From: Catajapyx aquilonaris
Taxonomy: Eukaryota
DNA length: 60,968 bases
Assembly (NCBI GenBank): GCA_000934665.2
Contig: KZ538572.1
Coordinates: 1-60,968, forward strand
Direction of reading: 5' to 3'
Under the pieces are notes generated by a model, which had not been told where the DNA came from, did not search any database, and worked only from the letters and a program-made list of their open reading frames with translations. Within the stretch, counting starts at the first letter, position 1, and the number at the start of each line of letters is the position of its first letter. This document shows, piece by piece, positions 36,186 to 50,184 of this stretch. The position numbers and the translations under genes were made by a program.

Positions 36186-37963
36186 TTGTGGAGAAGGCGG
36201 CGGCGGCGGCGTTGTGGTTTTCAGGATGTGATGCGGCGGCGGACCATACCGTCATGAATTATTACGGTTGTTTTCAACAGCCAAGTCCACTGATGGCAGG
36301 GCATGTGGCAGGGTCTAACACAAACACGTGCAGTAATTATGTAGGGGGGGATGACATGGCCACATTCACCAAGCTTCAACCGCACTGGTTTTTACAGTTT
36401 AAAAAAAGAACAGGCATTCCTTGAGGGATGTATGGGAAAACCCTGGGAAATCGGCTCCATGTCTGTGACTGTACTGACCATGTAGCTCGATGTACAGTAG
36501 CTACATAGCCGCCAAAATGATAAGCTTTTCTATGTTGAACGAAATATTGAATTCGTGGCATGACTATGACAAGTGCGTGACATGTATCTAAAATTCCTAA
36601 GCGAAGTGTGAATCACTGCATAATCAGGAGGATGAGTCATACAGACATTTGCTCCATAATAATTATGTTCATAATATATGTATTGCTCCACCTCCAATGA
36701 GTCATCTTACTGCATTTATGCATGTTTATTGTATACTGAAATAAGTCACAAATTGATAGTACGATAGTGGCAGGGCATCAGAGATCAGACAGTCCGTATT
36801 TAACATCTTATATAGTTCGTGCGCTCTGATTTAATATCAATTCAATAACTGGACTGTCAGTGGACAGCATCGATATTTTGACTCAGCTGCATTTCGTTTT
36901 GTTGCACTGATATTATAGGCAATACACCATTGTCTATTTACTTGTGATATGGTATGAGCAGTAGTTACTTGATAGGTTCATAATAATCAGGATTTGTGGC
37001 TGTAAGAGTCTTTTGCCGACGCCCCCAAGGGCTAAGGGTGGTCAACAATGGAAGCAGGTAAGGAGGAAGGAAGTGACTTGGTGAGAAAATCATCCTAATA
37101 TCATGATAATGGAAGCGATGATGGGGGTTCGTTTATACCTTTGACAACCGCAAATTTAACAAATTCTGTCACTTTTAGCTGAATAAAGAGAAAAGAAAAA
37201 TGCATATCTGTGAGAATAACATAGGCTACCGTATCTTTGCATGTGTCGTGGCTCATCAATCATCATGGGTACACGCCGCACACCAAAAAGTTGCAACTTT
37301 TGTCTGTAACCTTTAGTGTTATTACAATAGATTTTGTGCACACACAAATAGGTACGGTATTCATTTTGCTATTCGAATCGATTACAATGGTTCTGATGTG
37401 AAAACCACTTCAGTTTGCCATTTGCCAAGAAATGATAATTATGAAAGATGACTTGTAGCAGTGCTCGTAATGCCCGGCAAAATTAACTCCACCTTTTCCG
37501 CGCAGATGGCACTGGCAATGACGCATGCGCAATAATCGCTCATTTTATATCACCTTGAGTGCTTAAAATTAAGCTAAAACTATGCCCATTAATTGCAAAT
37601 AAATTTGGAACTAATGAAAATCCGGCACTGAATTAACCAAGAATGATTTTTAAATGCGTAGTTTACTGTCAGGGGGCGAGAAACCATTCTGACCCTGACT
37701 GGTTTGTGTCGAGTCGAGTGCCTGGAAATAGTGTAGCTGTGTCTTCGTCGGGCGAAGGCTGCTGGTCCCTGCTGCCCAGGAGACGCCCCGGGGCCGGAAC
37801 CACCCGTGGCCTGCCAGGGTTGAGCAATGGCCTGAGTTAGACCGGGACAGGAGGTGCTGGGGGAGAGGGAGGGGTCGTTCAGGCCCCTTCAGAAAGGGAG
37901 GGGAGGGCAATGTGCTGACCACTGAGCAGCAGCAGGCGACCGACCCTCCCAAAAAAGGAAGCC

Positions 37964-40900
37964 ATGGAGGAGAAGAAGGACTGGCAGCTGGACCTCCTCA
38001 TGGAGAAGCTGAGGGGGAAGTCCAGCCACTTCAAGTCCTTCGGGGAGAGCGCAAAGGCACTCCGGATGGCACTCATGGTACTCCTCTCGCTCGCTATTGA
38101 CAATGGCTGTCACTACAGTGTCGTGCTGTTGTTGACACCTTTTTCGCTTTAAGTTCCGCCATGAAAGATCAATTATGGTGAATGAAGAAGTTACCATTGA
38201 TATAAGTCAACAGGCATATCATTAATGTAGGCGTTCACTGTACATCTGGGGTCGAAATATTTGGATGCAAAGGTGCAATGTGTAATTTGCACTCCAAAAT
38301 TGTCATCTGCACTCTAAAGTGAAAATATGCACTCAAATTGGTAGTGCTTTTAAATATAGCTATACCCAAGAATTAAAAATTAAGCCCTACCAGGACATAA
38401 TTTGCACTCTAGATGAAAGTCGGGAGTGCAAACTTTGCACCTGGATTAAGTCGACCTTTGCCATACATATTCAAGAAATAGGTCATTATAATCATGCTCT
38501 GGGAAGTAGTTATTGCCAAAGATATAAGACACTATAACGTTCTACATAACCTGTGTTAGAATAATGTTTACTTGGGATCAACTTTTCATTATGGTTTTTT
38601 TTGCAGGAGAAGCGCTATCCACTAGATGCAACGGAGAAGTCACAATTGCAGAAGTGTCTTGACACACTTCAGCATTCAATAAAAGTCACCTCCATGCAGG
38701 CCATTGTGGAGCGGCTGGAGAGTGTAGCCAGGCAGTTGGGGTGAGTATGATTTGAAATATCATATGCACACTTGGCTGTAAAAGGAGTTATCTCAATTGA
38801 TTGTGAACAGAAAATGTCAGTGTGACTTACTAAATGCATAGAGAGAGAAAAGTCATGCACAATGATCATTGTCCCTCACCGCCTTGCAAAACAATGCCTG
38901 ATTTTATGAACCATCAACAGTGTGGACATTGAACAAATAGGAGAGAGAACTTCAGGGATACCCAACTCCTGATTTTGTTTGTTCAGTACATGTATGGTAT
39001 TTGTTAATTAATTATTTAACTTATGAAATACATGGTCAATGTTTTTTCTCACATATGAAGGAAATCTGTTTATCTACATCTACATATCTGTAAATGAGGA
39101 TGTTTGTGAGTGGGTGGGTGTGTTTGTTCGCTATAGAAACCCCTACACCGCCTTAAACTAGCATATCGGGGATTACTTTTGTCAAGGAATTTAACGCTGC
39201 ATGTTTCAGCTTCCGATAATAAGCCTAACTCCCACAATAAGCATATTCCCAATTCTTCTCCCTATTCTCCTCAACAATAAACAACTTAACAATATAAACA
39301 TCAATATAAACAAAATGTCCCTTCAACAATATTTTTCAAGTTCTCATGGAAATGCCATCATTCATATCGATGTCTCATGCCCTTTTTGACACATCGTTCA
39401 ATAATTCAACGCATCCATCAACTACACTATCCGAGGAATGATGGCCACCTCACATGAGTTCGTATCGTATAGTCATGTCAGGAAAAAAACTGCACAGGAT
39501 TTCGCCGGATTTGTAAGTAGGGCTGAAGTCAAGTATGCGGGACATTCGCCGAATGAATTAGGAAACATTACCTGCAGCTTGCCGACCCTTTGATTCGTTG
39601 TTTTGCTTCTGGGTTTGAAGTCGGGGAAGTGACCATGGACTCCGGAATTAATTCCTCAAGCTTGACCAGAATACAGATGGGATCATTGTCATCTCTCAGG
39701 TTGTATCGTAAGTTGCTATGTTACGAACAAATTGATTCGGCGAATGTCCCATATACTTGACATGAGCCGTAAGTAGACATCCCAGATGCAAATGAAACCC
39801 GACATGCAACATTCCCCAAGTTAAATACAAAATTTTCCACCTGGCATAGGCACATTTCTTCAGGGAAAACAGGGGATGAGGTGGAGGGGGAGATATATTT
39901 TGGAAAAAAAATATAAAAAATATAAAAAAAACAGTGGTCATTCAGTATTTTCTTGGCCCAAATCTATCCGCTTTCATTTTTTACACATCCTACCGGAATT
40001 ATTCCATGTGTCGACTTCGCTAACCGAGGCATGACTGGCCACCTCAGACCTTTCCTCGACCTGACAACCCATATGACCCCCCCTTCCCCGATTTCTTCAA
40101 AAAATGTTTATATTACCAAAATGTTCCCCCGCGTAGCCTACAGTGCTTATGTAGATTTGAGTTGATTATTCCCACAAAATTTTATTTCTTCGCCCTATTT
40201 TTTCAATTTTTCTGTCTTTTTGCTTTTATTTCCCTGGCTTTCCCAAGACATGCTGACGACCCTATTTTGCAAATTTTACAAATGAATTCCTAATGTGGAT
40301 TTAGACACCCGTACCTTCACAACCAAAACACACCTGGGCAACACCGGGTCACCTGCTAGTTGCTCATAAATTTTGTGTAATTAAGTTAACCAGTGTGAAC
40401 AGGCCTTATCACTAAATGTGGATGACTTTTTCAGACTGAAGTTTCGAGCCGGTCCAACTGGAACTGATTTTTTCATCTCATCGGACATGTTCTACTTGGA
40501 AATAGTTCTGGAGACTTCAGGGCAAGTCAGAGATGTCATAATCCAGCATGAGGGAAAGACGGAGCAGCAGGTTAGAAATTCAGTCACAAAAACTATTGTC
40601 ATTTGGTGGACCAAAGATTTATGGTGTGTTATTACCACCAAACTATGAGCTTTGCTACATTTTAAATTACATTCAAGATGCATAAACAGGGTCTGGCCAA
40701 ACTTGGGCCGCTGTCCCTCTAGTGGGGTGTGATTGTTATGTAAGGTCTGGCTGCCAGAGGTGCAGCTGTGCTATCAGGGCCTAAATCTGAGCGCATGCAA
40801 TGGCTGATGTGGGCAGACTGTGCGTTTGGGGCTCTGTTTGTGGTCACATTCGGACTTGCCTGACCCAGTCGGACAACTGAACCCCACTGGGAGATAGGGG

Positions 40901-43900
40901 ATAAAATAGGTTCTATTTTAGTGCAATTCTTCTTTCTCTACACGCGTTAGTATATTCGCAATAAATTGTAAGAAAATTTATACGAGTACATTGCACTCCG
41001 GATAATCTGTGATAATGAATGCACAGGTGTTTCCAGATATTCGGAAAACACGGATAATCCAAAAACGCCCCTAGACACCGTAAAAATGAGCTATGCAGAG
41101 GTTTTTAATGAACATTACTACTATACATACCAGTACTACGTACGCTGCATTAAAGGGACACGCCACCCAAAAAAAACGTTTGACTCTAANNNNNNNNNNN
41201 NNNNNNGAGGTGTCAAAGTGTGTCGTCTGCTAATGAGCGGCGCCGCCACGAGGGGAACAGGGGAACTGGAGGGCGCGCTCTGGGATGGGCCTAAGCGCGC
41301 GGGCAGGCAGGAGCAGCCCTCCAGTTCCCAAGGTCCTGAGGGCGTCGCTGGCGGACGGCCAGCTTCTAACGCACTATATGAATTTCCCCACTTTGACCCC
41401 TCCCCCTGGGATTACCGTTCCGCGTAGCAAAAAACGGATTGCACCTTCGGGTTCAGGATTTTTTGCCAGATTTTTAGTCAAAACTTGTTGATAATTTAAA
41501 AAGCTACGGTACGTTAGATCATTAGAGGTTTAGTTGGACTTCTGTAAAAAGTCTGTTATATTAATCTTTGCGAGATTTATTGGCATATTATAATTTTGGA
41601 CTTTTAAATTTCTAATTTTTGGCGATGCAGTACGGATAATCCACAACATGTATATACCGTGTACGTAATAGGAAGTCCAGTGTATAAAATATTGCTGATT
41701 TTTAAATTGCATTTTACCACTTCCTATTCTTCACTCTTGTACTGTATACTTACATCTATACTGTACTCCTGAGATTATCCAGGCTAATATGACTGCACTG
41801 GTGTTGCGGGATAATCGGAAAACACGGATAATCGGAAAATGGTCCTAGAAAATGAGCTATTGACAGGTTTTTAATGTAGTGTACTATTGTGCAAGGTTAT
41901 TGGGAACAAGGTTGAATCAAAATAATGAAACTTAACAATCATAGATTTTTACTTTGTCTTCTAGAAAGAGTCTGTCATATTTTTTCTTCGGCAGGACATA
42001 TTGACAGTGGGTGGAATTTTCGTCCCACTGCTAGATAGTCTACTGATAACTTAGCAGTACCATTGTTGGCACTTATACTACTGCTAAGTTAGCAGAATCA
42101 GCTCTTCGCAGTATCTAACAGTGTGTCGAAAATTCGACCCATTTTTTGGGGGGCATTAATTTAAAATGTTATTTTTTGGCCATGCACGGATAATCCGCAC
42201 CTGGAAAATCGAGAGTACAGTGCAGTGTGTTTGTGTATCAGGAGTGTATAAAAAAGTAGCAGGCTGTCTAATGTCTAATTTTGATTTAGATGCCATGTCT
42301 GGTAATGAAATTACAGTCCTAATGTTATCACGAGCTAGCTAGCTCTTGATGTTAATGAATATGATGGCTCAATAGAGTGATTTGTGCATCAAAGGATGTC
42401 GGGCAATGCCTGTCTGTTAAATTCTGGTCCAGCCTGGTCGCATGTTTTCCTCCTCACACTCTGGCAAACTCTACTACTGTTAGAAATCACATGTAAAGTA
42501 CAATTTCAGCACGTACATCACGTACAGCACGTACGCATTTCGCAACCCCAGCAACAATTTATTGCTCATGACATTCCCCTATGGTTGAAATACGTGGGAA
42601 ATGGTAGCCAGTCCCTAACAGAACATCAAGCCACCTATATTTGCAACAGAAATGCTTCTAAATGTCCTGGGAGTTGAAAGTAGTCCTTGAGGAACATCAT
42701 TTTCCTATGCTACTCCAGTACTCCATGAAAGCACGGGAAATATCGACCCAGACGCACCAGTGGCGCCGCCAGTGGCTGGACCCACTTCAGCTTTCTACCG
42801 TATCGAGGGAGTTTTGCCACCATACTGTGTTTATCCATCTTGATTTCATTGGAAATACAGTAAAACTTCTATAAGTCGAATCTCCATGGGACCGGAAAAA
42901 AAACTTCGAGTTAGAGAAGTTTGGAATTTCTTAAGCACATAACTCTATAAGGAAGCCTACCTTTATATCCAGCTACAAGAGGTGTTCAAAACTTAAAAAT
43001 AACTCTCACTATCACACTTACAATGTTCCTCATTGTTTTGTTTTTTAAAAAATCTCCATTATGGACATTTTGTCTACTCTTAGATTCAAGGATTCAATTG
43101 TCACAATCGGGTCAAACACTTCTTTTGGTACGTCTGATAGATGGAGATCAGGAAATTGAGCCTTTCTATACATGTGTCCTATACTCTCGACCCTTCTGCT
43201 GGGAAATGAGAAAATTTTCGTACTCGCCAACATGAACTTCGGTTTAGGGAGACTGAAAATGCATTGATATCCCATCGTAAGGCCCTGCCTGCACTTCGAG
43301 TTATGGAGAACTTCGAGTTAGAGAAATTCGAGTTGGGGAAGTTTATTTCCTATTATTTTACATTGTGACCAACCAACCTCATCATTTTCTTCGACTTACA
43401 GAGAACTTCGACTTAGGGAAGTTCGACTTATGGAAGTTTTACTGTAATTTTAATAATGTATAGGATACCTATTTTTTGCTTGGCCCTCTCAAGATTTTTG
43501 ATGCATATGGTACTCGATAGTGCCTTTAGAAAAGTGGAAGCTAGAATCACAAAACAGTCTTCTTGATATGAGAGACAGTGGTTGGAATATTGCAAATTTG
43601 CGTGTTTTTTTTTCAAATCTCAAATGGCTAAAGAAGGTGCTGGCAATCTTCAATGGTTTTAATATTTATTTTTATGCCTGTGATGAATGAAAACGCATTT
43701 TAAAGCCACACTGTTCACTAAAACTCGCAATTGGCTTGTTGATTGTACAATTCTTTGTGTGCAATGTGGCAACACTTCAAATGGGGGAATAATAAGTCAT
43801 TTACGATAATGTGCCTCAAAAATTGTGCATCATCTGCTAATGAGACATAAATTGAAATAAAAATTATCCTATTGAATCTGGGAAAAATTATGCAACATTA

Positions 43901-46900
43901 AAAATCCTCAGATCAGGAACACTTGCAATATTGTACAGTAGCTTGCACTTTTCTAGAAGACACTATTAAGCACTATTTAATTTTTCTGCCTCTAGGGTTA
44001 GATGGCCGGTGTTTATGTGAAACCTTTCAGTAATTTTTTATTTTGACAGAGATTTTCTTGGAATTATGCATTTCTTAAAATATTCAAGAGTCAATTGAAG
44101 ACTTCAATGATGAATGCAAATTATACATCAGAGATTTTTTTTTTGCAATAACAGTCAATGTTACTTCAGGGCTACCTGAATGTTGTGTAACATTTTGTGT
44201 TATTGATTCACACTTCTTAGCTGTATTTTATAATTTCCTTATTTTCCAGAGTTGTGCTGAGTTGGTTCAGTGCTTGACATCTGGAGACTTTGTGGAGTTC
44301 ACTGCGCACTTGGAAGGCCTCTCATCAATTTACCAATTGAATGCAGACAAGAAGCAGAAGAGTAAAGCATGGGTGTCCCTGCAGGCCCTTGAAGCTGACC
44401 TTGGAGCCCTTGCCCAAGTACAAAGCTTCATCAATGAGCCTCACAACTTGGTTCATCGGTCCCCAGTTGGGATCCTGCAGCGCAGGCGTGGAGGACATCC
44501 ACTCAAGCTCACTTACTTCATCTCACCATATGATTTGCTCGATATCGAGAACAATGCATCGATACAGCTGACAGTTGATAATGTCTTGCAGCGTGACCTG
44601 GGATCATCAGTGAAGTTACTCATTGAAGGGTCCACTGCACATAAGCTACAGGTATTTTTCAGGTTGAAAGTGATAATTTCAACTGCTGCCTCATATATAA
44701 ATTTTTATGACTAGAAACTTGTCCGCTGATATTTGGGATATTTGGGGATATTGGGACATTTCGAATAATTTTACTTTCTCTGACAACTTGAACAAAATTT
44801 GATGTAACTGTACCTACAGGAGTTGGGAAGGATCCTTTGAAAAATCTGACACATACAGTGATTTTCATTTTAAAACAATACATTGAAGAATACAAAGCCA
44901 TCCTCCTTTTTGATGCCACACACATACATAAATTTTCTCACTAATGGTCTGGCAACTACAAAATTGAGTTAGGAAAAGGCCAAGAGAAGGGAAGAATGAG
45001 CTGGGGATTTTTTGAAATGTGAATTGTGATAGTCAAAAAATGTCACAGGAACACTGGTGAAGATAGGTTATTACCACTTTTTATTATGATCTGCACACCT
45101 TTCCTTGCTAGACCTCACAATTCACTTATTATAGAGTGCTTTTGAGTGGGAGAAATCTTCCTCTAAAATGGTACTTTGCAGGTGACAACACTGCTGAGTG
45201 TGGCCCGTGGAAGTGATGGGAAAAGCTCTCCATCATTCTCTTCTCTTACCCCGCTGAACAGTACTACCCTTCCTGCCTGCTTTGTGCTGATGATGCCGAG
45301 TGCTATTCCTATATGTGTTCCCCTGATTCAAAAGTTGAGCCAGGCTACAGCAATTGAGTGTGGTGACCTCAGCAACCCAAAGCCACTGCTCAGTCTTATC
45401 TCTCACTATGCCTCAGGAGGTCAACTTGACTGCAGCAACAACCGAGGACTCTTTGTGGTAGGTTGTTTAGACTTGAGTAGTGTGTAAAATAGTTACAATT
45501 TTTGTATCTTTCCAGACACTACCAGACCAGCAACATTGCTACTTTATGACAGAAAATGAGAGTCTGCAAGGTGTGACAGTATCCACTATTCCTTTTACCC
45601 ATCCAACACATGTCCCTCAGATCCTCACTGTCCTGAGGCAGCAGACACTCTTCAATGTACTTGTTGCCAGTTGTATTCGGCCAGCCAGTAAACCAGGTGA
45701 GATTTATCACTTCGTAAAAGGGTGTGGTGTGTCAAGCATTTGTCTGCCACTTTATGGCTCTTTTTTCATGTTTGTATTCATTGACTAATTAAGCATGTCA
45801 CTCAGAACTGCAAATATTTTGTCTCAGAATTTGACATTTAATAATGCGTCTATTCTTTGAGAGAATGTCAACTTCTCCTGCTATCTATAAATCATGAAAT
45901 TTATGCTGTTACATCCTTTTGTTACAGACCTTGAGAATGCAATCATGTTTGAAGTGACAACTGTCTCCTGGAGTCAGGTACTGGTATCATTTGAGCATCC
46001 CGTGGAAGAAAGCATGGCTACTGCTGAGTTCAACCTGGCGGACATCACCAACCCAAAATGTCGCCTGTACACTGGATCAAAGGATGCCATCTTGAGTGCC
46101 ATGGAAGAATATTCATCCAAGGTTTTGCAGCGTTGCCTGAGCATCCCTGTGACCATGCGAGCTTTGTTAAGAAGATGGCAAGCTGTGGCTGTCGCATCAG
46201 CATCACCACCGAGTGCTGATTTGGCGTTATCAGTTGGTCGATATGTGTCAAATCAGTCAGCATCAGATGCAAACCAGAACACCAAGTTTCTCCCTGACTT
46301 TGATCCAAAGATTCTTGCTAAGATGGAGCCACCATCAGCACCATGCACACCACCTGTTGGAGCTGTTGTGGTTGGTGACTCAACGCCAGAGATGGCTCCA
46401 GTGTCGGTGTCACCATCACCATCAGGAGAGACCCTCAATCCTTTTTTGTCCAGCCTCCAGAGCGCATTTTCCGGGGCGCTCTCTGGCAGTAGTGGACTAC
46501 CGTCACCACCTGTTGGTGCTGCAGGCGGCACCAAGACAGCTATGCTACTTGGGTTGCTAGACCCACAGCAGAAGCGGAAGGGGCGGAAACGACGGGCAAC
46601 TCCAGATGGCCCCGGAACTCCAGGTACTCCTGGAACTCCAAAGCGAAAAGCTTCAGAAGATGCAGAAGACCCAGAGGAGGATACTGATCCAGACAAAACA
46701 GTTGATTTGACAGAAACTGGAGGTGATGAGAGTGATATTGATGATTCTGTTACAGTAACCTCACTGCTGCCACCAAGCACAACGGTGACAGCATCAGCAG
46801 CATCATTTCTTTCAAAAATGGCTCCTGGCCTTGTTGTGTCTGAACAACCTAGGAAAAAGGTACGACGTGGGGGCAAGTTGGAAACAAGGTCAAAGTCTGT

Positions 46901-49262
46901 TGATTTGTCATTGATTGGTGGTGATGATGACATCAAGGAAAAGGGAGCTATTGTCCCTTCTGTTAGCATAATGCCAGTGACACCTTCAAGTGGGTCTACA
47001 TCACCATCACCTAGCAGCAGTATTAACTCAGTACTGGCTCAAATGGGATTGGAGGGACGCCGTGGAATTGAGATAATTCCAATATCGTCAGCCCCACCAT
47101 CAACACTTCCTAGTTCAATCACAATAACCCCAATAACAACATCAGTGACATCTTCAACATCGTCCCTGTCAAAATCAGTTGACAAGAAGAAGAAAATTCC
47201 TGATGAGGAGCGGAAGCGAAATGAGCGCCGTGAACGAAAGAGGCGTCATGAAGAAGCAGCTGGCAGTGGCAGTGCCAAGCAGGCCAAGTTGATGCCATTG
47301 CCTCCACCACCGCCACCACCACCAATCAAGTCTGAGCCACTTAAAGCAATTACTGTTAGCATCAAAGGAACATCACCAAAGAAACCATCAACACCACCAT
47401 TAACATCTCCATCAGCCTCGTTGTCACCAAAGCACTCAAGCCCAAAACATCCTAGTTCAGGAGGAAAGCCAAGCATGTCAGCGTTAAAGTCAGTGTCAGG
47501 TGCATCAACAACAACATCAACAATTAGTGTGGCTAAGCTGGATTCAAAATTCAAATCCAAGGAAAAGAAACCTTTTAGCAGTAGTGGTGGTTCATCTCCT
47601 GGGAGTTCCCAGAAGCACAAGACATCAATGAAGATCAAGACAGACTTGTCTCCAGTGACAACGTCATCAGTACCTTCGAGTGCAACACCAGTATTGCTGT
47701 CACCAACAGCAACAGCCCCAAACATGCTGACACCATTGTCAATACACTCAACTTTGCCATCACCTCTTCCAACAACTAAGGCCCTGATGTCATCACCACC
47801 TACACCATCAACTCCAAAGACACCAACAAGCACCACTGAACTGCTACTTATTGGGCCCAAACCTGCTTTACCTCCAAAAAGCAAGAAGAGCTCACTTGGA
47901 CTTAATGCTGTTATTGACAAGCTAAAGTCCAACTTGAATGAATCAGGTGAGCGCAAGCTTGACCAGTACATGGCAAAAGTTGCCCCACCAGTTGGCCTTC
48001 CAGCAACAGCACCAGTAGTGTCACCTCCATTGGGCACTTCTTTGTTGCCAGCACCAAAGGGTGCATTGACAGCAATCAAGCCGGGTTTGCCAGCTTCGTC
48101 TGAATACATGGTCAAGCCAAGCCTAGACGGCATGAAGCTGACCATCAATAAGACCAACAAAGCTAGGATGTCCTTATCGTCTCCAAAGGGAACTGGATCT
48201 TCAACTGGATTGAAGCCTGGGGTTGTCAGTGGACCAGCATCCAAAAAGCCCCAGCAGCACAAGAACGTTATGACAGGGTCAAAAATGGTCAGTAAGGTGA
48301 CAAAAGGTATTGGTAAACCCAAGTCTGGTGATCGTCGTGAGAGAGGCAAAAGTACTCCTAAGACTGGTATTCTTGGCACACCAAAGGATGGTCGACGGAA
48401 GCCCGAGATCAATGCATTTCAAATATTGCTTAGCAGTGCCAACAAGACTCACACTGGTGAAGGCTTACCATTTGAGACGCAACCCAGGCTGGACCCAAAG
48501 TTTCAGATCCCAAAGTTGTCAAGGTCATTGTCAGCATCTGCTGCAACAACTGCAAGTGAGAGTGTAAAGAAGGAGGAAAAGGAAGAGGGTGGAGAAGAGC
48601 AACGTAAAGTTCTTCTGCCAACTCCTACAACACCTAGGGTCACAACACCCACACCGGTTATCCCAATACAGTTGCCAATCTGCCTACCACCATCAATGTC
48701 AATACTGGAGGCAACATCATCAACTGCAGATCCAACAGCAATTCCTCTCCCACCTGGTAGCCCACATTTGCAGTATCACCATGCACATCACCACCACCAC
48801 AAAAGTGACGATGTTCCAACAGACCTGAGTATGAAAACACCAAGGATGTCCATTGAGAGTGCCGACCCTGAGGATGCAGCTGACACTGCTGACATTGTTT
48901 CAGTAGCATCGCCTACTACTACTCCAAAAAGCCCCAGCAGCAGTCCTGAAGATCATTTAGTGATAGATTATCCTGAAACCTCTGGAAAACCAAAAGTGAT
49001 CCCAACGTCGACAGCAACAGTGGCACCACCACCACCCCCGCCCCCGCCCCCACCACCTCCACTCCCCCCTCCACCATTGCCAGTACAAACAACCTTTCCT
49101 GCTTCACCGTCAGTGTCAGTGCACATTGTGAAGTCACCAGCACCAGTGGCTTCACCATTGAAGAGCCCACTAGCGGTGCCTTCACCACATTCATCACAAG
49201 CGTCACCTTGTGTCATTGATGATGAGCTCATGGATGAGGCTTTGATTGGACTTGGAAAGTGA
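37964..49262 (+). CDS. MED1: Mediator of RNA polymerase II transcription subunit 1, about 1525 aa
   Basis: Exons 37964-38077, 38607-38740, 40435-40570, 44250-44651, 45182-45457, 45516-45696, 45928-49262 (sum 4578 nt, in frame). Med1 N-domain ([48 protein letters not shown]), LxxLL motif LLGLL, long S/P/K-rich disordered region, C-terminus [12 protein letters not shown]. Confidence 0.95.
39073..40359 (+). mobile_element. Non-autonomous Helitron in MED1 intron 2
   Basis: Starts TC after host A (a/TCTACATCTACATATC...GATGTTTG); ends with hairpin ACCTGG-GCAACA-CCGGGT (40332-40349) then CTAG before host T; no TSD. Confidence 0.75.
39521..39768. mobile_element. TIR MITE nested in the Helitron (8-bp TSD; superfamily uncertain, possibly Merlin- or Mutator-like)
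   Basis: 38-bp TIRs (33/38) GGCTGAAGTCAAGTATGCGGGACATTCGCCGAATGAAT; direct repeat GTAAGTAG at 39513-39520 and 39769-39776. Confidence 0.85.
40988..42222. mobile_element. Cluster of degenerate pogo/Tigger-like MITE fragments with CGGATAATC subterminal repeats
   Basis: Two similar left ends (about 40988-41170 and 41760-41910, sharing cggaaaacacggataatc and aaaatgagctat...aggtttttaatg), a right end near 42185-42220, and an inner foldback at 42008-42140; interrupted by the N gap. Confidence 0.55.
41190..41206. other. Assembly gap (17 N)
   Basis: Run of n. Confidence 0.99.
42858..43444. mobile_element. pogo/Tigger-like MITE in MED1 intron 3
   Basis: TIR CAGTAAAACTTC(T/C)ATAAGTCGAA (22/23), TA TSD on both sides, many subterminal TTCGA(G/C)TTA repeats. 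Confidence 0.88.
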
Positions 49263-49666
49263 TTTTAAAATGATGCTTTTGTAATCAGTACACCAATTAA
49301 CATGTGCAGGGGGTGTATTTGGTATTGAAGGAGACAAGCAGTAGTATTTGGGTGAAATTAATCTCAGTTTTAGACTCCTATAGTTAACCCTGCTCTTGTT
49401 TAGTTAAAGCTGTCATTTATGCTGCTATTGACAGACCTGTTGCGTTGCCACTCCATGGTGATGAAATGGAGAGAATCATCTAATTCAGCCACATAGAGTA
49501 GTTATTGTAATTATTAGTTTGTGACTTTACTGCGCTGTACTGTACTAATGCTATCCAGTTATAAGTCTCAAAGGACTTGTTTCCTTTTTTTCACTGTGGG
49601 TTGAGAAAAAGGACTAATTAAATGAACATATTCTATTTATGTGGTAGTATTTGGATGTGGTTTCTA

Positions 49667-49672
49667 AATAAA
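49667..49672 (+). terminator. Candidate MED1 polyadenylation signal
   Basis: AATAAA about 400 nt after the stop, just before the MSL1 promoter. Confidence 0.55.
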
Positions 49673-49929
49673 ATGCAGGATGTCCTAAAATAATACCAGA
49701 ATTGTTAGTTCCACTGTTAGTACCGGTAGTTGATGCAATCTCATCAATGTAATGTGTAGAAATGAAATGGCCTTATACATGCGCAATCCCCAGAGGCATA
49801 ATTAGATATTTTGAATAATAGCATGAAAATGAACTCAAATCATCATTAATGTCTGATTGTCTCCCAGTAAAATGGGTAGTCAGTAATGAGTGTGCTTGGA
49901 AGCATCCTTGCAAGGCAGCATAGAACTCG

Positions 49930-50070
49930 CAACACCCCCCCCCTCCCCCGCCAGTGACGTCACATGTTAAATGGAGGAGGGGGGCTGGGAGGGGGAGGGG
50001 AGGCAAAGCAGCGAAAAAGAACGGATGGGCAAAAAAAAAAGAGTGCCGTAAACGCCATGATGGCCGAAAG
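49930..50070 (+). promoter_or_regulatory. MSL1 promoter
   Basis: C-rich box, GTGACGTCAC palindrome 49954-49963, G-rich tract, YY1/Pho-like CGCCATGATGGCCG at about 50053-50066. Confidence 0.55.
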
Positions 50071-50184
50071 AGAGCGGAGAAGGAGTAGGGCCGAGGCTGG
50101 ACGGAGGAGCCCGCATCCTCTCCGCAGCCAGGGACGCGCTGGTGGTGCCCCCCGCCGCGGCCCCTGCCTCTCTTCCCGGTGGCA

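Noticed and set aside
43270..43440. Short spaced repeats (TTCGAGTTA/TTCGACTTA) resembling an array
   Set aside because: Subterminal repeats of a TIR MITE in a eukaryotic intron; not CRISPR
46253..48412. Long antisense ORFs (238 and 388 aa) opposite MED1, and similar ones opposite ADAM and MSL1 exons
   Set aside because: Shadow ORFs from the codon structure of the sense gene
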